Shown here: positions 56,778 through 63,163 of the stretch, one piece after another | Position numbering within the stretch: position 1 is the first letter of the stretch | How the letters are laid out: the number at the start of each line of letters is the position of its first letter | Source of the DNA: a virus | Lineage: Duplodnaviria; Caudoviricetes | Length of the DNA: 64,000 nt | Direction: 5' to 3' (one strand) | IMG/VR virus record: IMGVR_UViG_3300028888_000047 | Location: 96,001-160,000 of that record | Position numbers and translations under genes: made by a program | The notes under the pieces: generated by a model | The model's database searches: none | What the model was told of the DNA's origin: nothing | Seen by the model: only the letters and a program-made list of their open reading frames with translations

Positions 56778-57088
56778 AAAATTATCTATTGTTTCACTAG
56801 TGGCGTACAACAGACAAAACGCCACTCTTCTCGTGAGTTACTCGGAGGATTTAATCAGACGCACCACCAATTTCCTCGAACCCGTGTTCATCTTTCTGGT
56901 AAGTGACCAACCCATCAAGCCTACAGGCAGTACTTGAGAAAATGCCCGCCCCTCAAGCAAAAATTCGAAGCGCTATGCATAATTGCGAGAGACTGTTATA
57001 CGTTTGCCTTCAATGGCTATGTTCGTCTTGTATGCTACAAATATACAAAAAATAGATATAAAAAAGAAATTTAAAATGTTAAATTTTG

Positions 57089-57220
57089 TTAAATATAATC
57101 TTCATTTCCACAACTATTACATATGGCTCTATCTGTCATCATCCCTGCTCTAACAGATACATTTCTACTGCCACATCTTTTGCAGATAAGTTCTCCATTT
57201 TTATAATCAAAGCCTTCCAT
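57089..57220 (-). CDS. small zinc-ribbon protein (43 aa)
   Basis: MEGFDYKNGELICKRCGSRNVSVRAGMMTDRAICNSCGNEDYI*. Confidence 0.7.
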   Translation of the reverse strand: MEGFDYKNGELICKRCGSRNVSVRAGMMTDRAICNSCGNEDYI

Positions 57221-57434
57221 AAATATTTTTCTTTTAAAAAGGTAGGTACTTTATATAAAAAGATTAGTAAGTTGCATGATTTGCTAATCGACCATGTTCT
57301 AAACCTGGCTTCGCATGCATCACTTCAGCAATTCAGTTTAGACATATACGTTTTATATAGTTGCCTACCGGCAAAACCTACATACTTTGAGTGACGCTTG
57401 GCGACTCTCAGGGAATAGTAGGACTCAAATATGA

Positions 57435-57770
57435 CTATTCTAATATCTCAACAACTTTTCCAAATATATTATCCTTTGATATTGTACCATTTATACCACC
57501 ACGGTTATTGCCAATGAGATACCTATCACCACTTTTAACTGCTTGTATAAGGTGCAAGTAATAATGACCTTTAACTTTGCATAATACAATATTCTTTTTT
57601 TCAAGAACAGTTTCCTCATTAACGGGTTCACATATGACAGATTGACCGCTTTTTAAAATTGGAAGCATGCTGTTGCCATAGCCTGTTATTTTTCCATATA
57701 AACCATTTTTAAGATTTTCTGCACTTATTTTATTTTCTTTACCTTCAAAATCATATGAATATTCTGCCAT
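57435..57770 (-). CDS. S24/S26 peptidase-like protein
   Basis: GNSMLPILKSG, IVLCKV..YLHLI, IGNN. Confidence 0.7.
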   Translation of the reverse strand: MAEYSYDFEGKENKISAENLKNGLYGKITGYGNSMLPILKSGQSVICEPVNEETVLEKKNIVLCKVKGHYYLHLIQAVKSGDRYLIGNNRGGINGTISKDNIFGKVVEILE

Positions 57771-57777
57771 ATTAAAT

Positions 57778-58026
57778 TTACCCTTTTATCTTAATAAGCG
57801 TATCATCCTCGTTGGCCTTTCTAATCCACCTCATAAGTAGCAGAGCCTTTTCTGTTACATTGAATGAAGCAGATTCGCCAACATCAGATTTGTTACTCAC
57901 ATCTATCTCTAATTGGTATTCAGTATTATCAACTGCAATTATTTTGTATACAGCAATGCCTCCTGCTAAAACAGATTGCAATTGAGCAATACCTTTTACC
58001 AATGGTTTAATGTCCTGCACTATCAT
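57778..58026 (-). CDS. hypothetical phage protein
   Basis: DVG.ASF..EKA.LLMRWIRKA. Confidence 0.7.
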   Translation of the reverse strand: MIVQDIKPLVKGIAQLQSVLAGGIAVYKIIAVDNTEYQLEIDVSNKSDVGESASFNVTEKALLLMRWIRKANEDDTLIKIKG

Positions 58027-58831
58027 TTGTTTCTTTTATTAATGTATTAGCAATATCAATATAATCCTTATTTATTTCAATGCCTATGAAATTTCTATTT
58101 GTCTTAATGGCTGCGATTGCTGTTGTTCCACCTCCCATAAATGGGTCTAACACTATATCACCTTCATTTGACCAAGATAATATATGCCTCAGTGGAAGTT
58201 CAAGAGGAAATACAGCTGGATGCTTTATTTGTTTTTCATTTACCTCAAATAATCTCTTGTTTCGAGCAACTGCCATATCCCATATCTGGTAATCTATCAT
58301 TTTATTACTGACGTGGTAGTTTATCTCTTTTCTACCTTTCTCGCCTCCCATTATCTTAACTGTAGAGGCATATAGTTTACCAGCTGATTTACAAGGTATC
58401 ATTATAGGATTGAATGTCTTAGGCCTCTTACCTTTAACAAAACAAAACATAAACTCAACACATCTTGTATATCTGGGCTGCCTTACCTGTGGCATAGGAT
58501 TCTTCTTCCTCCAAAACATATAATCGTTAAGGCTAAAACCGCATACATCCATAAAGTAAATCGCTTGTCTCATTGATGTACCACTTCTGCTACCGTTTTC
58601 AGTCTTATCGTCAACGTTCCATATAAGAACACCACCATCTTTCAAAACCCTGTATAATTCTCTTGCTATTGCTTCGAATTTATCCTTGCTCCAACAATCT
58701 GTACATACTCCATTGTACGTGCGTAGATTGTCATATGGTGGTGACGTAACGATTAAATCAATTGAGTTATCATCAATTTGTTTCAGCAACTCCTCTGAAT
58801 CGCCACAATAAATATTGTTTAAATCTAACAT
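58007..58831 (-). CDS. N4/N6 DNA methyltransferase (beta class)
   Basis: TSPPY, HPAVFP, VLDPFMGGGTT, IGIEI. Confidence 0.93.
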   Translation of the reverse strand: MLDLNNIYCGDSEELLKQIDDNSIDLIVTSPPYDNLRTYNGVCTDCWSKDKFEAIARELYRVLKDGGVLIWNVDDKTENGSRSGTSMRQAIYFMDVCGFSLNDYMFWRKKNPMPQVRQPRYTRCVEFMFCFVKGKRPKTFNPIMIPCKSAGKLYASTVKIMGGEKGRKEINYHVSNKMIDYQIWDMAVARNKRLFEVNEKQIKHPAVFPLELPLRHILSWSNEGDIVLDPFMGGGTTAIAAIKTNRNFIGIEINKDYIDIANTLIKETNDSAGH

Positions 58832-58846
58832 AAAATTGTCTTTTTG

Positions 58847-58923
58847 TGACCCTAGTAGGATTCGAACCCACGATGAAAAATCGGTTTAGAAGCGACCGCA
58901 TTCGACCACTCTGCCATAGGGCC
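58847..58923 (-). tRNA. putative amber suppressor tRNA (anticodon CTA)
   Basis: GGCCCTA/TAGGGTC, A73; anticodon stem GTCG/CGAT pairs only in the register giving loop TT-CTA-AA (C31:C39 mismatch). Confidence 0.7.
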
Positions 58924-58950
58924 AATTGGCTGCATTTTTACAGCCATATA

Positions 58951-59241
58951 TTATTTTGAACCGACAAGTTTTAATTTCTTAAATAACCTATCATGTCCTA
59001 AAATAGCTAAAGATGTGGTTTTATTACCAAGGTCTGGTTCTTTAAATTCAGTATAACTTACCCCAAGAACAGATAACTTGTTTTTCCACTTGTTAACATC
59101 AGCACTCAAATAAATCAAGTACTCATTTTCCCATCCACTATTATGTTCAAGTAACCATTGTGCCACTGCGTGACCGCCTTGAACACAACCATATACCGCA
59201 TCAAGCGATTTATCAATCAATACGTATAACTTATTTTTCAT
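58951..59241 (-). CDS. PTH2-like peptidyl-tRNA hydrolase domain protein
   Basis: LYVLI..L..VQGGHAVA..F.EPDLGN.TTSLA..KLKL. Confidence 0.7.
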   Translation of the reverse strand: MKNKLYVLIDKSLDAVYGCVQGGHAVAQWLLEHNSGWENEYLIYLSADVNKWKNKLSVLGVSYTEFKEPDLGNKTTSLAILGHDRLFKKLKLVGSK

Positions 59242-59539
59242 CTGAATCAGCGTATAAGTTATAGTATTTAATAACCTGGTTCTTGAAATAAGGAATAGCC
59301 TCAGATTCAGTTAAATCTCCTCCGGTATAAACAATTCTACCGTGATAAAGACCTTTCCAACAACGTTTTCTTACTTCGTCCTCAAGATATTTATCACGTT
59401 CTTCTCCAACTATTCTGTGTTTGAAGAGATAATATGCAACATAGAAATAATGTGCATGATAAGGTTTTTTAACTTCTTCTTTAAACTTTAAATACTGTTC
59501 CTTTGTGGTTGCTTTATTTGTAAATTGTAATTTTTCCAT
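59231..59539 (-). CDS. hypothetical protein
   Basis: 102 aa ORF, YYLFKHR. Confidence 0.7.
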   Translation of the reverse strand: MEKLQFTNKATTKEQYLKFKEEVKKPYHAHYFYVAYYLFKHRIVGEERDKYLEDEVRKRCWKGLYHGRIVYTGGDLTESEAIPYFKNQVIKYYNLYADSDEK

Positions 59540-59561
59540 AATATAAAAAATTCTAGTATAA

Positions 59562-59744
59562 TTATTTTTTTTGGCTTGGTTTTCGCCAGTGTTTTAAGCA
59601 ATTTATGTAAACTAAACATGTTGATGCACTTTCAGCACCATCATACCCACTTGCCTATGGGCGTATTATACTAGAATTTATATTTGGACTACGTATCCTC
59701 TTCAGCTACCAATGTTGGTCAGTAATCTACCAAAAACTATTCAT
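59562..59744 (-). promoter_or_regulatory. leader ORF with three in-frame TAG codons overlapping a 12-bp stem
   Basis: MNSFW*ITDQHW*LKRIRSPNINSSIIRP*ASG..QKK-TAA; TTCTAGTATAAT/ATTATACTAGAA (59665-59676 / 59551-59562). Confidence 0.5.
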
Positions 59745-59769
59745 AACTAATAAATATTAAATTATTATG

Positions 59770-59843
59770 GGGGCAGTGAGGGAATCAAACCCACGTAAAC
59801 AAGTGCCACAAACTTGCGCCTAAGTCTCTCGGCCAACTGTCCC
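59770..59843 (-). tRNA. tRNA-His(GTG)
   Basis: G-1:C73, CAAGT-TTGTGGC-ACTTG. Confidence 0.88.
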
Positions 59844-59847
59844 ATAT

Positions 59848-59891
59848 TTAGGAAACATTTTTTTTCATATCTATTTTTGGCTGTTTCCTTG
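59848..59891 (-). ncRNA. ACAGCAA-clamp RNA E2 (short variant)
   Basis: AAGGAAAC-AGCC..GTTTCCTAA. Confidence 0.5.
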
Positions 59892-59899
59892 TATTTCAG

Positions 59900-59973
59900 C
59901 GGTCCGTACGGGTAACAATCCCGTCATTTCCGCCGTGACAGGGCGGCGTCTTCATCGTGCAGACCCACGGACC
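59900..59973 (-). tRNA. tRNA-Asp(GTC), atypical D/T loops
   Basis: GGTCCGT/ACGGACC G73, CCGCC-CTGTCAC-GGCGG, T loop ATTGTTA. Confidence 0.8.
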
Positions 59974-59980
59974 ATTTTTT

Positions 59981-60029
59981 TTAGGTAACCGTTTGTATAA
60001 CCTTACATTGTTTGCTGTTAGTTACCTTG
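59981..60029 (-). ncRNA. ACAGCAA-clamp RNA E3
   Basis: AAGGTAAC-TAACAGCAA..GTTACCTAA. Confidence 0.65.
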
Positions 60030-60032
60030 TTG

Positions 60033-60105
60033 AGCAGGTTTCTCGATTCGAACGAGTCTTTGATACAGGATTGTATCACGTGCTAAGCCATTACACCAGA
60101 ACCGC
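60033..60105 (-). tRNA. degenerate tRNA-Gly(TCC)-like
   Basis: Gly-like GCGG start, D and T arms intact, extended anticodon stem TGATACA-ATCC-TGTATCA, bulged acceptor. Confidence 0.55.
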
Positions 60106-60113
60106 AAAAAAAA

Positions 60114-60173
60114 TTAGGAAGCATTTTATATATTACCACAAACCATTAAAAAAACTTGCTGTTAGCTTCCTTG
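60114..60173 (-). ncRNA. ACAGCAA-clamp RNA E4
   Basis: AAGGAAGC-TAACAGCAA..GCTTCCTAA. Confidence 0.65.
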
Positions 60174-60365
60174 CTTTTTTATAAGCGTAGCAGGGTTATC
60201 ACTTTTCACCCAATAGCGACGATTCACACGTTAAACGTATCTGCATACACTAGGACACAGCATTTAGTCCTATCTGCGCACTGAGGCTTTAAGTCCACTC
60301 CGTTTTTGGGGCTTCCTACTAAACAGCAACAAGTGCTGCGTAGAGGAATGACACTTTCTGCTTTG

Positions 60366-60447
60366 TTGCGGGGGTGAGATTTGCACTCACGAACCACATG
60401 GGACCGGCTTATGAGACCGGCGAATTTGACTACTTTTCTACCCCGCT
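60366..60447 (-). tRNA. initiator-like tRNA-Met(CAT) with extended variable arm
   Basis: AGCGGGG/CCCCGCA with 1:72 mismatch, CCGGT-CTCATAA-GCCGG, T loop TGCAAAT. Confidence 0.78.
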
Positions 60448-60450
60448 ATA

Positions 60451-60702
60451 TTATTTCAATAATTCTTTTAACTTTTTCAGTTCCTCAATTTTCTTATTGA
60501 TTGATTCGCAATCAAATGTATTTTCAAAATCTTCTTTTACAAGGTTATTTAACAAAACATCAACCTCATGCTTAACATCTTCATACAGTTCAACATAATA
60601 TTTTTGTCCAATAATCTTTTGTGCTTCAACTTTTTCATATCCTGCCTCTACAAGATTTTTATAAAGCTCTTTTCTAAAATCAGCGTCTAAAATTTTTCCC
60701 AT
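60451..60702 (-). CDS. hypothetical protein
   Basis: ATG after TATATTTG promoter. Confidence 0.65.
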   Translation of the reverse strand: MGKILDADFRKELYKNLVEAGYEKVEAQKIIGQKYYVELYEDVKHEVDVLLNNLVKEDFENTFDCESINKKIEELKKLKELLK

Positions 60703-60892
60703 AACTTGTATTTTTAATAAACTAACGCAAATATACAAAAAATATTTGTAAAAAAGAAATTTTTAATGAAAAAAAATCCTAAACTCTTCCCCATAGCTTT
60801 CGAACATAGTTAAACTAACTGACCGGCGACACAAAACTTGGAGGCCATCCCAATGAGGTCACGTTGCTTTCAGTGTTAGGGTTTTTTTATTG

Positions 60893-61262
60893 TGGACCTA
60901 GGCGGAGTCGAACCGCCGTCTTGCTCTGCGTTCCATAGAAATTTATACAAGCTTTTAGAGAATTTGGTGAGTGGTTTGCGCCACCCGTCCTCTCTGCCAC
61001 CCTATTTTGAGAAAATAGGGAAAACATGGGGGATGACCGGAATCATCAGTTCCACCATCTTAACGTACAACGTTAAGAAAAAATTACTAGGATGTTCTGT
61101 TCCTAAGAGCCTAGTCTCTCGGCCTATCGCTTACGCAGCCATTGCATAAGCATAAGCAGGAGAATCTACATTCTCGCCGTTTATGTTTTTTTTGCTATTT
61201 CTAGTGTATGCCCACTGCTTGATTTCTACCAAACTACAGCCAATCTATACCATTTTAGGCCC
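60893..61262 (-). ncRNA. ssrA: tmRNA
   Basis: GGGCCTA/TAGGTCC-A acceptor with G3:U70, T arm GGCGG-TTCGACT-CCGCC, ATAAAC-GGC resume, tag GENVDSPAYAYAMAA*. Confidence 0.92.
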
Positions 61263-61274
61263 GTTTAATATAAA

Positions 61275-61355
61275 ATAGGGAACTATCTGTTCAACGTTTT
61301 CAAATTTCAAGTCTGATGTTTTAACATAAATAATAACTTGCTGTGAGTTCCCTTG
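61275..61355 (-). ncRNA. ACAGCAA-clamp RNA E5 with Ser(TGA)-like anticodon stem-loop
   Basis: AAGGGAAC-TCACAGCAA..TCAGA-CTTGAAA-TTTGA..GTTCCCTA. Confidence 0.65.
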
Positions 61356-61360
61356 TTTAG

Positions 61361-61435
61361 TGGAGCCAGTGGGGCTCGAACCCACGACCCTCTGAATGCA
61401 AATCAGATGCTCTAGCCAAACTGAGCTATGGCCCC
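61361..61435 (-). tRNA. tRNA-Ala(TGC)
   Basis: G3:U70, loop TTTGCAT. Confidence 0.93.
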
Positions 61436-61485
61436 TTGGAGTGAGGTTTTTAACGGTGGCCTCACGGCGCCGGTATTAAAATACG

Positions 61486-61559
61486 TGGTGCTAGTAGGAC
61501 TCGGACCTACGACCGCTTGAATATCAGTCAAGAACTCTAACCAACTGAGCTATAGCACC
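61486..61559 (-). tRNA. tRNA-Ile(GAT)
   Basis: CTTGA-CTGATAT-TCAAG. Confidence 0.9.
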
Positions 61560-61563
61560 ATTG

Positions 61564-61592
61564 TTAGGAAACCATTTAAATACGTTGCTCTA
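61564..61592 (-). repeat. truncated 3' remnant of clamp RNA (E6)
   Basis: TAGAGCAACGT..AAATGGTTTCCTAA matches 3' end of E7. Confidence 0.5.
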
Positions 61593-61605
61593 TAATATTA
61601 ATTTG

Positions 61606-61679
61606 TGTTGATGGAGGGACTTGAACCCCCGGTCTCAACGGTATCAGCGTTGCGCTTTAACCAACTAAGCTACACCAAC
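61606..61679 (-). tRNA. tRNA-Ile(GAT), second divergent copy
   Basis: GTTGGTG/CATCAAC, CAACG-CTGATAC-CGTTG. Confidence 0.88.
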
Positions 61680-61682
61680 ATT

Positions 61683-61809
61683 TTAGGAAACATTTTATTA
61701 ACGTTGCTCTACCATCTGAGCTAAATGGAAATTTTACTTCCCACTACCGGATTCGAACCGGCGACCCACGGATTACAAATCATTTTCAACTTTGCTGTTA
61801 GTTTCCTTG
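61683..61809 (-). ncRNA. ACAGCAA-clamp RNA E7: circularly permuted tRNA-Thr-like (YrlA/Y-RNA-like topology)
   Basis: order anticodon loop (TTTGTAA), T arm, acceptor closed by GTAAAA loop, D arm, inside AAGGAAAC/GTTTCCT clamp. Confidence 0.8.
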
Positions 61810-61815
61810 CTTGTG

Positions 61816-61891
61816 TAGGATATGAGGGATTCGAACCCACGAACCTTCTGGGTGTAAACCAGACGCTCTAAACCAGCTGAGCTAATATCCT
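61816..61891 (-). tRNA. tRNA-Val(TAC)
   Basis: TCTGG-TTTACAC-CCAGA. Confidence 0.92.
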
Positions 61892-62246
61892 ATGCCTCCT
61901 AATGTCCTATTTTATAATCTCCCTAGGAAAAGAGATAACCGTATCAAGGAACGGTGTGCTACTTGTACTTGGCAGTGGCGACATTATAAACCTTATAGTT
62001 TGTCACAGGACCTTTCAAGTTAATACGTAAGTTAAATAAAGTCTTTTTCCTCCCTACTAACAGATGTTCGAATTAACTACTTGGCCGACGTTCGTTAAGA
62101 AAAAGCAAACCTCACTACAAGCAGAGCAATAGCGTATGTAATCATTTCCACGTTTTGAAATCATCTGACGTTTCAATTCTTACCCCTATGATACCTAATG
62201 ACCGATACATTAAATAACCGTTCTAAGTCTGACTCTCTGTGACTTG

Positions 62247-62322
62247 TGGTGGGTAGGACCGGAGTTGAACCAGTTTAGCCGGATTTTCAGTCCGGTGCAT
62301 ACACCACGTCTGCCACCTACCC
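62247..62322 (-). tRNA. tRNA-Phe(GAA), CCA encoded
   Basis: CCGGA-CTGAAAA-TCCGG; ends ACCA. Confidence 0.9.
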
Positions 62323-62381
62323 ATTGTTTGTGACGTTTTAATTGGCGGAGTGCGCCACCTTACTCTCCATTTTAGACCAGC

Positions 62382-62447
62382 TTATCGCTTTGTCCACCAG
62401 CTATAGGCTACTGCGCCTACTGCTGCACCAAAAATAAATGTCAACAT
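62382..62447 (-). CDS. 21-aa hydrophobic peptide
   Basis: MLTFIFGAAVGAVAYSWWTKR*, A-rich upstream region. Confidence 0.55.
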   Translation of the reverse strand: MLTFIFGAAVGAVAYSWWTKR

Positions 62448-62482
62448 AATTTTAAAATACTTTGAATTAAACATATAGTTAA

Positions 62483-62905
62483 CTATAACAATTCATTACC
62501 ACATTTTCTACATTTTTCCATTAGGTCATTAACAAACGTTTTTAACTCTTCATCCGTATCAAACCTATGGAGTTCAGCATCTTTTTGATTTAAAAAGCAT
62601 ATTTTCACTTCGCCTGGGAAATAGAAAAAATCTTTTTCTTCATTGTATCTAGTCCCATGAAAATGATACCTTGCCAAATTTTTAGCAGAACATGGAGAAT
62701 AATCACTGAACTTATATAAATCCTCTGTAACTGTTGTTACCTTTGGTTTTCTAAAGAGCCTTCTTTTAACAATTGTATCTCCTTTTTTATGAACAAGATA
62801 ATTAGAACAATCTCGTATTTTTACAGGAGTCACATCTATCGATGTTATATTCTTATAATATTCCTTGCTTTTGCAAGATAAAGATTCTAAATTTTCTTTT
62901 ATCAT
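62483..62905 (-). CDS. hypothetical protein
   Basis: true start MIKENL (ORF-track extension overlaps tRNA). Confidence 0.7.
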   Translation of the reverse strand: MIKENLESLSCKSKEYYKNITSIDVTPVKIRDCSNYLVHKKGDTIVKRRLFRKPKVTTVTEDLYKFSDYSPCSAKNLARYHFHGTRYNEEKDFFYFPGEVKICFLNQKDAELHRFDTDEELKTFVNDLMEKCRKCGNELL

Positions 62906-62919
62906 AACAATGTATTTTG

Positions 62920-62992
62920 TGCGCCCACTGGGATTCGAACCCAGGACCCCAAGATTAAAAGTCATGTACTCTGCCTGCTGAGCTATAGGCGC
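62920..62992 (-). tRNA. tRNA-Lys(TTT)
   Basis: loop CTTTTAA. Confidence 0.9.
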
Positions 62993-63011
62993 ATTTTTAG
63001 TAAAAAAATAG

Positions 63012-63083
63012 TGCGCCCGGAGAATTTCGAAATCTCGACCCCATGTTTAAGAGACACGTGCTCTGCCTCTGAGCTACGAGCGC
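63012..63083 (-). tRNA. tRNA-Lys(CTT)
   Basis: loop CTCTTAA. Confidence 0.88.
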
Positions 63084-63090
63084 AATATTG

Positions 63091-63163
63091 TGCGCCCACT
63101 GGGACTCGAACCCAGGACTCCCACATTAAAAGTGTGGTGCTCTACCAACTGAGCTATGGGTGC
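63091..63163 (-). tRNA. tRNA-Lys(TTT)
   Basis: CCACA-CTTTTAA-TGTGG. Confidence 0.92.

Noticed and set aside
58847-58923. tRNA-Arg(TCT) reading
   Set aside because: That register leaves the anticodon stem unpaired; the CTA register gives four pairs
51446-61809. Clamp repeats as a CRISPR array
   Set aside because: Dispersed, irregularly spaced, split by tRNAs, stems covary rather than repeat identically; no cas genes
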